DNA of 64,000 nucleotides from Deltaproteobacteria bacterium (GTDB taxonomy: Bacteria > Myxococcota_A > Polyangia > Polyangiales > Houyiibacteriaceae). The translations under genes were made by a program, and so were the position numbers. The notes beneath the pieces are model-generated. The model was given only the letters and a program-made list of their open reading frames with translations. It was not told the DNA's origin and did not search any database. Location: contig JAEPMI010000004.1 of assembly GCA_017644045.1 (NCBI GenBank), forward strand, positions 142,014 through 206,013, read 5' to 3'. Positions 1 to 8,862 of the stretch are shown one piece after another; the first letter of the stretch is position 1; the number at the start of each line of letters is the position of its first letter.

Positions 1-761
1 ACCCGCTCGATCCGCGCGACGAGCTCGTCCGGCGCGAAGGGCTTCGAGATGTAGTCGTCGACGCCCAGCCGGTAGCCGCGAAGCCGCTCGCGGTCGTTCG
101 AGAGCGAGGTCAGGAAGATGATGGGCGTGTCGGCCAGGCTCGGTCGCGCACGCAGCAGGCGGAGGAGCTGCCATCCGTCGAGCGCCGGCATCTCCACGTC
201 GCTGAGGATCAGATCCGGCTCGTGCTTGAGCGCTTGGCCCAGCGCGGTCACGCCGCTGTCTGCGGTGAGCACCTCGTGGCCGGCGGCCTCGAGCGCTTGG
301 ACGGCGGCGTTCCGCTGGGACGCGACGTCGTCGACCACCAGGATCTTCGACCCTGCGACCTCCGGCACGGCGCTCTCCCGCTCCATCTCGCCGTTCGTCT
401 CCTTCTCGATGAAGGCAGCGATCTGCTTGGCGAACGGCTCCTCCTCGCTGTCGAGGAAGCGCATCCCCATTCCGGGCTTGCGCCCGAGCTCGCGCGCTCG
501 CTCCTCGCCGAGCACGTAAGCCACCCGAACGATGACCTGCAGGTCGGTGTCGCCGCTGGGCAGCGTGACCTTCACCTGAGCGACCGCGCCCACCGGGAGG
601 AAGTTGTCGGTGACGAGATACATCCCGCCCCGGCTCACGTCCTCGCTGTACGCGACCACGAGCTCGTCGAGCGACGAGTAGTGAACGCGGAACGTGGCGG
701 CGATGCGTGGACCCGAGCGTCGGAGTCGCGAAGGGCGGTCCCCTTCGTCGTGGTCACTCAT
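1..761 (-). CDS. PilZ domain + response-regulator receiver (REC) protein; 3' end lies outside the window
   Basis: Hand-translated on the minus strand from ATG 761-759: MSDHDEGDRPSRLRRSGPRIAATFRVHYSSLDELVVAYSEDVSRGGMYL... PilZ motifs RxxxR (RLRRSGPR) and DxSxxG (DVSRGG) are followed by REC motifs KILVVDD, LILSDVEMP and YISKPF. The frame stays open to position 1, so it is absent from the ORF track. Confidence 0.8.
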   Translation of the reverse strand, partial: MSDHDEGDRPSRLRRSGPRIAATFRVHYSSLDELVVAYSEDVSRGGMYLVTDNFLPVGAVAQVKVTLPSGDTDLQVIVRVAYVLGEERARELGRKPGMGMRFLDSEEEPFAKQIAAFIEKETNGEMERESAVPEVAGSKILVVDDVASQRNAAVQALEAAGHEVLTADSGVTALGQALKHEPDLILSDVEMPALDGWQLLRLLRARPSLADTPIIFLTSLSNDRERLRGYRLGVDDYISKPFAPDELVARIER

Positions 762-810
762 GGGCGGAGACTAGCATCCGGTGGGACCGGGGGATGGCGA
801 TCACGCGAGC

Positions 811-2667
811 CTACGCACGCGCGGGCGTGGACTTCGTGCCGCCGGCGTAGAAAGCGTCGATCTCGGCCGCGTACTTCTCCACGATCTGTGGACGGCGGAG
901 CTTCATGCTCGCGGTCAGCTCGCCTCCGTCCACCGAGAACTCCGCGGGGAGGACGTGGATCTTCTTGATGGTCTGGTAGCGCGCGACCTTCGCGTTGCAG
1001 CGGCTCTCGATCTCACGCTCGAAGAAGCTCTTCACCTTCGGGTCCGCAGCCATCTCGGCCATCGGCGCCTGCTGGGTGCCCGCGGCCTCGGCGAGCGCAC
1101 CGAGGTTCTCCGGGTCCAGGGTGATGAGCGCGCTGAGGAAGGGCTGGCGGTCGCCGACCACGACGACCTGACCGACGCCGGGCACCGGCGCGACGTAGTG
1201 CTCGAGCTCGACCGGCGCCACGTTCTTCCCGCCAGCGGTGATGATGAGCTCCTTGATGCGGCCGGTGATCTTCAGGTTGCCCTCGTCGTCGAAGGCCCCC
1301 TGGTCGCCGGTCTTGAGCCAGCCGTCGTCGGTGTAGAGCTCGGCGGTCTTGTCGGGCATCTTGAAGTAGCCCTTCACCATGTTCCGGCCCTTGAGTTGGA
1401 TCTCCTGGTCGTCCCCGATGCGGATCTCGACGCCCGCGAGCGGCTTGCCGACCGTACCGAAGCGCGGCTTCAGCGGGTCGCTGATCGTGGCGACGCCGCT
1501 GGTCTCGGTCAGGCCGTAGGCATCGTTCACCGAGATGCCGAGGCTGGCGAAGAACTCCTGGGTCCGCGGCGCCATCGGAGCCGAGCCCGTGAGGGCGAAG
1601 GTCAACCGGTCCAGCCCGAGCGCGGTCTTGACCTTGTCCACCACGAGCTTGCGCGCGACGCGGCGCTTGATGGGCATGTGCCGTTCCGCGCGCACGCCGC
1701 GTTCGACCTGCTCCTGGAAGCAGGCGAACTCGGTGTCGCGGGCCCACTGGGCGAGCCTGGCCTTGATGCCGGTGGCCTCGGAGAGGCGCGCTCGGAGCGC
1801 AGCCTCGAACTTCTCCCAGACGCGCGGCACGCCGAGGAAGACCGTCGGCCGGACCTCGGTGAGGAAGTCCTTCACCAGCCCGATCTCCGGGCAGAAGTAG
1901 ACCTGCCCGCCGACCGCGAGCGGCGCGATGTTCGTGAGGATCTGCTCGGCCTGGTGGCTCAACGGCAGGTAGCTCACGTGGTGGTACTCGGCCCGTCCGT
2001 CGCCGAACTCCGGCGCGAGCCGGAGCACCGAACGACCGATGAGGATCTGACCACCGTGGTCGATCTCCACGCCCTTCGGCACGCCCGTGGTGCCCGACGT
2101 GTAGATCATCAGGCAGGTCTCGTCGTCGGTGAGCGCGTCGAAGCGCTGGTCGACCTGCGTGTCCTTCTGCTGGTTCCCGAGGTGGATGAAGTCCGCGAGG
2201 CTCATCACCCGCTCGTCCGCGTGCTCGACCGGCACGAAGGTGATGATCTTGGTGGCCTTCCGGCAGAGCTCGCGCGCCTCACACTCGAGGAGCTTGAGCA
2301 ACTGCTCCTCACCGTCGCAGAACCAGAAGCGCGACTCCGAGTTGTCGATGATGTACGCGGTCTGTTCGTGGGTGCAGGTGCCGTAGATCGGCGCGGGCAC
2401 ACCGCGGGCGATCTGGGCGCCCGACTGGATCTGGACCCACTCCGGCTGGTTGGCGCCCATGAGCACGACCTTCTCGCCGACCTCGTGCCCGAGGTGGATG
2501 AGCGCCTTGGCCACCGCGCGGGCGCGATGCAGGTACTCCGACCAGCTCAGCCGCACCCAGCGTCCGTCCGGGCGTTTGCCGTGAAGCGCGGGCTGCGCGG
2601 GGCGCTCTTCCGCCCAACGGGCGAGCTGGTGGACCAGGGTGTGGGGCTCGGTGCGCTTCGGGGCCAT
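811..2667 (-). CDS. AMP-dependent long-chain acyl-CoA synthetase (FadD-like)
   Basis: C-terminal 618 aa of ORF 811..3852. AMP-binding motif YTSGTTGVPKG, then AYGLTETSG and WLKTGDQG. Start taken at the internal Met MAPKRTEPH (cat at 2665-2667, in frame). The upstream extension is antisense to gene 2740..3915. Confidence 0.9.
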   Translation of the reverse strand: MAPKRTEPHTLVHQLARWAEERPAQPALHGKRPDGRWVRLSWSEYLHRARAVAKALIHLGHEVGEKVVLMGANQPEWVQIQSGAQIARGVPAPIYGTCTHEQTAYIIDNSESRFWFCDGEEQLLKLLECEARELCRKATKIITFVPVEHADERVMSLADFIHLGNQQKDTQVDQRFDALTDDETCLMIYTSGTTGVPKGVEIDHGGQILIGRSVLRLAPEFGDGRAEYHHVSYLPLSHQAEQILTNIAPLAVGGQVYFCPEIGLVKDFLTEVRPTVFLGVPRVWEKFEAALRARLSEATGIKARLAQWARDTEFACFQEQVERGVRAERHMPIKRRVARKLVVDKVKTALGLDRLTFALTGSAPMAPRTQEFFASLGISVNDAYGLTETSGVATISDPLKPRFGTVGKPLAGVEIRIGDDQEIQLKGRNMVKGYFKMPDKTAELYTDDGWLKTGDQGAFDDEGNLKITGRIKELIITAGGKNVAPVELEHYVAPVPGVGQVVVVGDRQPFLSALITLDPENLGALAEAAGTQQAPMAEMAADPKVKSFFEREIESRCNAKVARYQTIKKIHVLPAEFSVDGGELTASMKLRRPQIVEKYAAEIDAFYAGGTKSTPARA

Positions 2668-2739
2668 CGCCGGCCTTATAGCTCGCCGAACCGAAAAGTG
2701 CTGCCGGCCGGCCGCTGTGTCCTCTAACCTCCCCCCGAA

Positions 2740-3915
2740 GTGCGCTATCTCTACGCGGACTCGACGCCATTCCCCTTCGCCTTCGACTTCTTGGCGGGGC
2801 TGGAGCGGCTGCTCCTGCACGGAGGCCGCATCGCGGCGCTGCAGGCGGAGATCGAGCAGCTCGAGACCGAGCGCGAGATGGACGCGGAGATCACCGCCCG
2901 TGCCCTCGAGGGCGTGGACCGCTGGGTCGAGGAGGCCAAGACGGCGCTCCAGACCGCGGACGTGGCCGCGGACGACGCCGGGCCGCTCTCGGAGAGCCTC
3001 TCCGAGCGCCTGCAGAAGCTGGTGGACCAGTTGGCCGGAGAGACGGAGGCCGCCGAGCAGGCGCGCCTCCGGCGAGAGAACGGCGCAGCGCACGATCAGT
3101 CCGTCGCTCACCGCCGCGTCATGCGCGACGAGCTCCAGACGCTCTTCCTCCAGACCGAGCTCGGCGCGCAGCCGAGCCAGACGGTGATTCGCCTTCGCGA
3201 GTCCGACTACGGCTTCACGGTCACGCGCGCCTTCCCAGGCGACGTGAAGGTGGACTACCTCATCGCGGAGGACGGCGTCCCCGATTGGGACGCGAAACGC
3301 ACCGTCGCTTCCGTCGCCGGAGCGATGGAGGTGCAGGTGGGGATGAAGAAGAAGTTCCTCCGGCGCGACATGACGCGCGAGCTCGTGCGCATCGGCGACC
3401 TGATCGTGACCGAAGCGCGGCTGCTCCCCAGCTCCGCCGAGGTCCGGCTGGAGAAGAAGCCAGGGAGCAAGAAAGCGCCGCTGCTCCTCGAGCTCTCGCG
3501 CGACGGTGAAGCGGTCGACGTGACCATCGAGCGCGAGAGCGACGACGGGATGACCATGTTCCCCGCGGTCCCCTCGGACGCCGAGAAGCTCGAGGGACTC
3601 TGGGAGTCGCTGGAGGAGACGGCGCAGCGTGCGTTCGCTGCTCGCGCGAGCGTGGCAGCGGTGCGGGTCGACGGGCACGACGTGCTCGCGGAGGGGCATG
3701 CGCTGCTGGCGATCGATCGCATCGGGCGCGCGTTCGCGCCGGTGGTTCGCGAGCTCGCGACGCGAACGCCGAACGATCACGAGTTGACGCTCAAGGTCGA
3801 GGGCCAGGACGGCAAGCGCGAAGAGCGCTACATCCGGCGCCGCGACCTGCACGCGCTGCTCGAAGAAGCGGGCACGGCCGCAGTCGAGCGGCTCGGCTAC
3901 CTGACCGCGCTCTGA
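2740..3915 (+). CDS. hypothetical protein (coiled-coil N-terminus)
   Basis: ORF 2740..3915 has strong GC3 bias and a protein-like composition. The opposite-strand ORF here is only the spurious extension of the ligase ORF. No family recognised. Confidence 0.7.
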   Translation: MRYLYADSTPFPFAFDFLAGLERLLLHGGRIAALQAEIEQLETEREMDAEITARALEGVDRWVEEAKTALQTADVAADDAGPLSESLSERLQKLVDQLAGETEAAEQARLRRENGAAHDQSVAHRRVMRDELQTLFLQTELGAQPSQTVIRLRESDYGFTVTRAFPGDVKVDYLIAEDGVPDWDAKRTVASVAGAMEVQVGMKKKFLRRDMTRELVRIGDLIVTEARLLPSSAEVRLEKKPGSKKAPLLLELSRDGEAVDVTIERESDDGMTMFPAVPSDAEKLEGLWESLEETAQRAFAARASVAAVRVDGHDVLAEGHALLAIDRIGRAFAPVVRELATRTPNDHELTLKVEGQDGKREERYIRRRDLHALLEEAGTAAVERLGYLTAL

Positions 3916-4042
3916 GGTCTCAGAGCCTCGGGCAGCGAGCCTCTGCGCCCCGCCCCGAACGCGACCCGGCTTCGGTGACGACCACTGACCTACATCTCAC
4001 CTGGCAGCCGTCACCGGCCAACGATCGCCACCGCCTAGCGCG

Positions 4043-5116
4043 TCACTCGCATGCGAGCCGCTCTTCGCCTTCTCCGGGTGTCAGCCGCTGGCCGCTCGCC
4101 TCGAGCACGTCCGCAAGCGGGCAGCCGGGCAAGCCCATGATGTCCGCGTACCTCCACAGCACGGAGGGCTGGGACGACGTGTCCATGCCGTAGACCATGC
4201 AGATGAATCGTCTGGTACTGGGGTGGAGACCAACGCTCGACCATAGGCGCGAGACCGCTGCGTTCCCGCCTCGGTGAAGGGCGTCGACGCCGCCATTGCA
4301 GACCACCGCGGCGCTCTCGGTGACCGAGAGAACTCTTTCAAAAACAGCAAAAAACCCTTGGATGAGCGCCGCGATCGCCTGGTCGTCGCTGGCCACCAGC
4401 GTGCCTCGCCACTCGTCTGCCGTGAGTTGGAGGTCGAAGTCGACCTGCTGGCCCATCGTCTCGGCATAGACTCTCCGCAAATCGCTCTCGACCTCTTGGC
4501 GGCGCGCATCGACTTCGGCTGGGGCCACCTCGGGAGCGATGACGCTCAGCGCAACCGACAGCCGCAGCGCGTCCCCGTCTTCGGTGAGCTTCACCGTCAG
4601 CAGCTGCGGCTCGAATCCACGGGGGTCGGAGTCCAGATTGTGTTCGAACCACTCGATCGCGGTCGACTCCAGGCGAGCCCACATGACCACCCCGTCGAAC
4701 TCGCTGGCGCAGTGACCGGGCGTCGGCTCATCCGGGCTCGTCTCGCGGTTGGAGAAGTACCCGGGCCCCACCTCGTGGCCAGCGAGCACGGTGCCACCGC
4801 TGGGCTCGACGATGGTCGTGTGGTCGTCCGGGTCGCTCGTGCTCATCGTCACTGCCAGCCGTTCGACCGACTGCTGGAGCCACCCGGCAGCGAAGAGCTC
4901 GTCGGTGAGGCGCACAAAATGCGCATGGCGGCGCGATGCCCTCATGCCCTCCAAATCATAGAAAAAGGTGAGCGGTGCGTCGGCTAGCCAGGCGGTGATG
5001 TGTGGCTCGCAGTCCGTTGCCATGGCGCCGACACCGCTCTTCACGGCGGTCGGGACCTCGGGGCTCGCGCAGGCGGCGAGCGAGAGGAGGAGCGCCAGGG
5101 AACGAGGGGCGAGCAT
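4043..5116 (-). CDS. hypothetical lipoprotein
   Basis: ORF 4043..5191. Internal Met at 5116 gives MLAPRSLALLLSLAAC with a lipobox (LAAC). The 3' third (about 4190-4400) is visibly lower in GC. Confidence 0.7.
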   Translation of the reverse strand: MLAPRSLALLLSLAACASPEVPTAVKSGVGAMATDCEPHITAWLADAPLTFFYDLEGMRASRRHAHFVRLTDELFAAGWLQQSVERLAVTMSTSDPDDHTTIVEPSGGTVLAGHEVGPGYFSNRETSPDEPTPGHCASEFDGVVMWARLESTAIEWFEHNLDSDPRGFEPQLLTVKLTEDGDALRLSVALSVIAPEVAPAEVDARRQEVESDLRRVYAETMGQQVDFDLQLTADEWRGTLVASDDQAIAALIQGFFAVFERVLSVTESAAVVCNGGVDALHRGGNAAVSRLWSSVGLHPSTRRFICMVYGMDTSSQPSVLWRYADIMGLPGCPLADVLEASGQRLTPGEGEERLACE

Positions 5117-5298
5117 CCGCGATAGGTGGAGGATGTGCCCAAACAACGCAACCCCATGAGGCCGGTCGCGCCGTCCATCGCAGACAGGCAAGAGCGTGGA
5201 GCCGTCGACCCAGTCTGTTGGGCGTGAAGCGACGCCTCGGCTGCCTGACCGCGCTCCGAGCTCGGCGGAACAAACGGTTCCGTCGCTTGACGCGCACT

Positions 5299-5325
5299 CA
5301 ATAGCGAACTAGCAATTCACTATTG
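5299..5325. promoter_or_regulatory. candidate TetR operator (imperfect palindrome)
   Basis: CAATAGCGAA-ctagcaa-TTCACTATTG. The arms match 9/10 as an inverted repeat. AT-richer than its surroundings. Ends 10 nt before the tetR ATG. Confidence 0.45.
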
Positions 5326-5335
5326 AGAGACTCGG

Positions 5336-5956
5336 ATGGCCCAACAGCTCAAAGAAGAGGTGCGCGAGCGGATGACCTCCGCCGCCGAGGTGGTGTTCGC
5401 CGAGGCCGGCTACGGCGGCGCGACGATGGCCGCCATCGCTCGTGAAGCCGGAATCTCGACCGGCAACCTCTACCGTTACTTCGGTAGCAAGGACGACCTC
5501 TTCTACGCCGTCTTCACCGACGCCTTCGCGGACGAGCTGCTCGACCTGTTGCAGCGCCGGGTCGCTTCGTTGGTGCAGGCGAGCGACCTGACCGAGCTGG
5601 ACGCGGACGCCGCGGCCGACGGGGAGGCGCTTCTCTCGTTCTGGGTCGCGCACCGCGAGAAGGTCATCGTGCTGCTCGATGGGGCGGCCGGCTCCCGCTT
5701 CGAGGGCTTCGCGCGGTCGTTCGTCGACGCCCTGATGAAGCCGACGGCCGCGCACCTCCGGGAGCGCGTCGGGAACGAGCGGCTGCCGGCCATGGTGCGC
5801 TTCACGCTGGAGAACGTCTTCGCGAACACGGTGCGGACCATCGTCGCGATCCTCCGCCGCTACCGAACCGAACGCCACATCCGGGAGGCCTTCCAGGCCT
5901 TCTGGAGTTACCAGCTCGCAGGCCTGGCGGGCCTGCAGGAATGGGTGACCGAATGA
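5336..5956 (+). CDS. TetR/AcrR family transcriptional regulator
   Basis: N-terminal HTH AAEVVFAEAGYGGATMAAIAREAGISTGNLYRYFGSKDDLF is typical of TetR_N. Confidence 0.9.
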   Translation: MAQQLKEEVRERMTSAAEVVFAEAGYGGATMAAIAREAGISTGNLYRYFGSKDDLFYAVFTDAFADELLDLLQRRVASLVQASDLTELDADAAADGEALLSFWVAHREKVIVLLDGAAGSRFEGFARSFVDALMKPTAAHLRERVGNERLPAMVRFTLENVFANTVRTIVAILRRYRTERHIREAFQAFWSYQLAGLAGLQEWVTE

Positions 5957-7344
5957 CCGATCTCTGGAGACTGGATGCCACCGCGCAGGCCGCGTTGGTT
6001 CGCGATGGAGAGCTGAGTGCGCTCGAGCTCGTCGACGCGGCGATCGCACGCATCGAGGCGCTCGAGCCCGAGCTGCACGCGCTCTCGAGCCACGATTTCG
6101 ACGCCGCCCGCGAGCGAGCACGCGGTGAGCTCGGCGGCCCGCTCGCCGGCGTGCCCTTCCTGGCGAAGGACCTGCTCGGTGTTCCCGGGCTGCCGCACCG
6201 CTTCGGCTCGCGACTCTTCGCGCAGCAGGTCGCCAACGAGCACAGCCCCTACAGCGCGGCGCTCGACGCCGCGGGTTTGAACGTCCTCGGCAAGACCACC
6301 ACGTCCGAGCTCGGCCTGATGGGCAGCACGGAGACGCTCCTCGAGGGTGCGACCCACAACCCGTGGGACCTCTCGCTCTCGGCGGCCGGGTCCTCCGGCG
6401 GCTCCGCAGCGGCGGTCGCGGCGCGGTTGGTGCCCATGGCGCACGCCAGCGACGGCGGCGGCTCCATTCGGATCCCGGCAGGGGTGAACGGCGTCTTCGG
6501 TCTCAAGCCGAGCGGCGAGCGTATGCGCACGAGTGGCCCCGGCGACATGAACGGCCTGGTCATCGATCACTGCGTGAGCGTGTCGGTGCGGGACAGCGCC
6601 TTGCTCCTCTCGCTCACCGAGCGGGACGATGGTCCGCTCACCCCAGTGGGCTTCGTCGATGGACCGGTGCCCCGGCGCATCCGGATCGGGGCGTACCACC
6701 AGACCCTCATGGGCGCCGAGCCGAGCGCGGCCAACCGGGAGGCCTTCGAGAAGACGGTCGCGCTCTGCGAGTCACTCGGTCACGAGGTGGTCGTCACCGC
6801 TCCGCCGCCCATCGCCGGGCCGGACGTGAGCCGCGCCTTCTTCACGATGGCCGGTTTCCAGCTGACGCAGCTCTCCGCGATGGTCGCTCCCATGCTCGGG
6901 CGACCGCCCGGTCCCGACGAGCTCGAGCCGCTCACCCTGGCGCTCATGGCCTGGTTCGCGGAGCAGCCCGCGGACGCCTTCGAGAAGGCCACGGCGACGC
7001 TGACGACGGCCGCCGCCGCGATGACGGACTATCTCGCCGAGGTCGACGTCACCCTCTGCCCGACCATCCCGGTCGACCCCTACCCGCTCGGGTCCCTGAC
7101 GCCGACGATGAGCCGCGAGGCGTTCCTCGAGCGAACCGAGGCGCTCGCGGGCTACACGCCCATCCACAACTTCGCCAAGGCACCAGCCATGAGCGTGCCC
7201 CTCTTCCAGAGCGCGGCGGGCCTCCCCGTCGGCAGCCACTTCGCCGCGAGCCCGGGCGCCGAAGCGACGCTGCTCTCGCTCGCCTACGAGCTCGAGGCGG
7301 CCGCGCCCTGGGCGGACCGACTCCCACCGCTCATCGCCGACTGA
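5953..7344 (+). CDS. amidase (amidase-signature family)
   Basis: AS-family motifs GKTTTSELG and GGSSGGSAAAVAA...DGGGSIRIPA. ATG at 5953 overlaps the tetR stop (ATGA). An alternative in-frame ATG lies at 5941. Confidence 0.9.
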   Translation: MTDLWRLDATAQAALVRDGELSALELVDAAIARIEALEPELHALSSHDFDAARERARGELGGPLAGVPFLAKDLLGVPGLPHRFGSRLFAQQVANEHSPYSAALDAAGLNVLGKTTTSELGLMGSTETLLEGATHNPWDLSLSAAGSSGGSAAAVAARLVPMAHASDGGGSIRIPAGVNGVFGLKPSGERMRTSGPGDMNGLVIDHCVSVSVRDSALLLSLTERDDGPLTPVGFVDGPVPRRIRIGAYHQTLMGAEPSAANREAFEKTVALCESLGHEVVVTAPPPIAGPDVSRAFFTMAGFQLTQLSAMVAPMLGRPPGPDELEPLTLALMAWFAEQPADAFEKATATLTTAAAAMTDYLAEVDVTLCPTIPVDPYPLGSLTPTMSREAFLERTEALAGYTPIHNFAKAPAMSVPLFQSAAGLPVGSHFAASPGAEATLLSLAYELEAAAPWADRLPPLIAD

Positions 7345-7630
7345 AGCTCCAGTGCTTCTCGACCTCGCTGCGGTCTCGGACCGTGGCGAGGGCGTCGTCG
7401 AGCGCCGACTGCGCGTCCACTTCCGCGGCCGACGACTCGAAGGCGACGTTCACGTAGAGGTCCCAGGCCTTCGCGGCCTCGAGCCCGGCCGGGACGCCCA
7501 CGCGCAGCTCCCATCCCTTCGTCTTCACGTGGGGCAGCAGCTTGGCGTGAATGTCTTCGGCCAGTCGATCGCGGGTCGGCGCGTCCGAGTGCGCGTCGCG
7601 AAGCTTGAAGAGGTGCACGCGATCGATCAT
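7331..7630 (-). CDS. Dabb (stress-responsive alpha/beta barrel) family protein
   Basis: C-terminal 99 aa of ORF 7331..8170: MIDRVHLFKLRDAHSD...WDLYVNVAFES...VEKHWSF. Size and pattern fit a Dabb domain. The upstream part of that ORF is antisense to 7644..8294. Alternative start at 7645. Confidence 0.65.
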   Translation of the reverse strand: MIDRVHLFKLRDAHSDAPTRDRLAEDIHAKLLPHVKTKGWELRVGVPAGLEAAKAWDLYVNVAFESSAAEVDAQSALDDALATVRDRSEVEKHWSFSRR

Positions 7631-7643
7631 TCCTCGGTCTACC

Positions 7644-8294
7644 ATGGGTTGGCTGAGCGCTCTGCTGGGAAGGGATCGCGGGAGCGAGCGAACGCTCCAT
7701 CGCCTCCTTCGCCAGCGCGGGGCCAACCGCGGTCTCCGCCGCTTCGCCGAGCCCTTCGGCGCAGACGCCGAGCGCTTCTGGGACGCCCTCCCCCGAGGCA
7801 CCTGGGCGCTGTGCGCCGCGGCTCGGCTCGGCGTGAACCGTGCCCTCGTCGCGACGGCGATGGCCGCCCTGGCCGAGCAGGCGCGCACCCGCCGAGCCAA
7901 CGAGCCCGACCCGACCGAAGGGGTCGAACCGCTGGGGCTGCTGAGCGAGCCTGCCTTCACCCGGCCAGGCGTGAGCGAGGCGCTCCTCGACCAGACGACG
8001 ACCCTCGGCCGGGTCTTCGCGACCCGTGGCGTTCCCATCGATCGCTTCGCCACCGAGAGCACCTCGCTCCTGCTGGCCGTCATCGACGCCGACCCGAGCG
8101 TTCGAGCGGTGCAGGCGAGAGTCGAGGAGGCCCAGCGCTGGGGCCGCCTCGAAGAGGTCCTCCACGGCAAGCACGCCCACGACGCGGTCTACGCCGAGCG
8201 ACACCTCGCCATGGCCCAGCTCGTCCGCCGGCACATCGGCGCCCACGACCTCACGGCCGCGATCCGTGGCGCCGCAGCCCATCCGTACCGCTAG
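7644..8294 (+). CDS. hypothetical protein
   Basis: Internal Met (MGWLSALLG) of ORF 7551..8294 with high GC3 codon pattern. The start is uncertain because it lies only 13 bp from the divergent Dabb gene. Confidence 0.55.
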   Translation: MGWLSALLGRDRGSERTLHRLLRQRGANRGLRRFAEPFGADAERFWDALPRGTWALCAAARLGVNRALVATAMAALAEQARTRRANEPDPTEGVEPLGLLSEPAFTRPGVSEALLDQTTTLGRVFATRGVPIDRFATESTSLLLAVIDADPSVRAVQARVEEAQRWGRLEEVLHGKHAHDAVYAERHLAMAQLVRRHIGAHDLTAAIRGAAAHPYR

Positions 8295-8359
8295 CGCCCG
8301 GAGTCACGGTTCGAGGGCCGGCGAGCTTTGTGACGAATTCCCGAGACGGGACACGCTGG

Positions 8360-8845
8360 CTACTTGCGCGGCGGGTGCGTGAGGCTGGTGGTCGCCGCGG
8401 CGGCGATCCGCTGGCGGAGCTCGTCGTCGGCCACGCCGGCCAGGGCGCGACCCAGGTCGGCCGGGAGCTCGGTGATGGCGACCTCGGGGGGCTCGCGCTT
8501 CTTCCGTCGGCGGAGGGTGGTGATCTCCGGGAGCGGACCCACCCGAAAACGGAGGGTGGTCACGCCGGCCTCCGGCGCGAAGGCGCGGATCCGGGCGAGG
8601 AAGTCGGTGCTCTGAAAGGAGAGCTCCTGAGCCCAGGTGCTGGTCTCGCAGTGGACCACCAGCGTGCCATGGCGCAGCGCGACCGGCCGCGCGCGGCGCA
8701 CGATCCGCTCGGGGAGCGCCCGAACCCACCAGCCGAAGACCCGCGCCATCTGCATCTGGTCCGGCGCCGGGTGCACCTTCTGCAAGATGTTGCCGAGGGG
8801 TTGCAGCTTACCCTTCCGGCGTCTGGGCCCTTTGCGGGGTACCAT
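8360..8845 (-). CDS. DUF721 (DciA-like) domain protein
   Basis: Pattern LGNILQKV...ARVFGWWVRALPERIVRRARPVALRHGTLVVHCETSTWAQELSF matches the DUF721/DciA family layout. Confidence 0.7.
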   Translation of the reverse strand: MVPRKGPRRRKGKLQPLGNILQKVHPAPDQMQMARVFGWWVRALPERIVRRARPVALRHGTLVVHCETSTWAQELSFQSTDFLARIRAFAPEAGVTTLRFRVGPLPEITTLRRRKKREPPEVAITELPADLGRALAGVADDELRQRIAAAATTSLTHPPRK

Positions 8846-8862
8846 CGTCTCTTCGGTCTATC

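Noticed and set aside
781-2727. 648-aa plus-strand ORF, and similar very long ORFs (8560..9780-, 9862..11166-, 19572..21527+, 24085..25578+, 25487..27823+, 28029..30431+, 32567..34543-, 36264..38393+, 38161..39987+, 40600..42117-, 49191..51605+, 52551..54173-).
   Set aside because: Each lies antisense to, or out of frame with, a gene that has clear family motifs. Their translations are Arg/Gly/Ala/Pro/Glu/Leu-rich with no motifs, as expected for stop-poor shadow frames in very GC-rich DNA.
2668-3852. N-terminal extension of the acyl-CoA synthetase ORF (811..3852), and analogous long extensions of ORFs 11179..12798, 12126..14393, 13609..15261, 15266..16606, 17267..18571, 23069..24670, 47983..50274 and 61590..62927.
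   Set aside because: The extensions overlap better-supported genes on the other strand or in another frame, lack homology-like sequence, and are interrupted by obvious internal starts (signal peptides, domain N-termini, stop/start overlaps).
3909-3926. Palindrome GCTCTGAG-gt-CTCAGAGC overlapping the stop codon of gene 2740..3915, considered as a terminator.
   Set aside because: The loop is too small, there is no U-tract, and it overlaps coding sequence. Possibly a weak structural element, but not supportable as a terminator.
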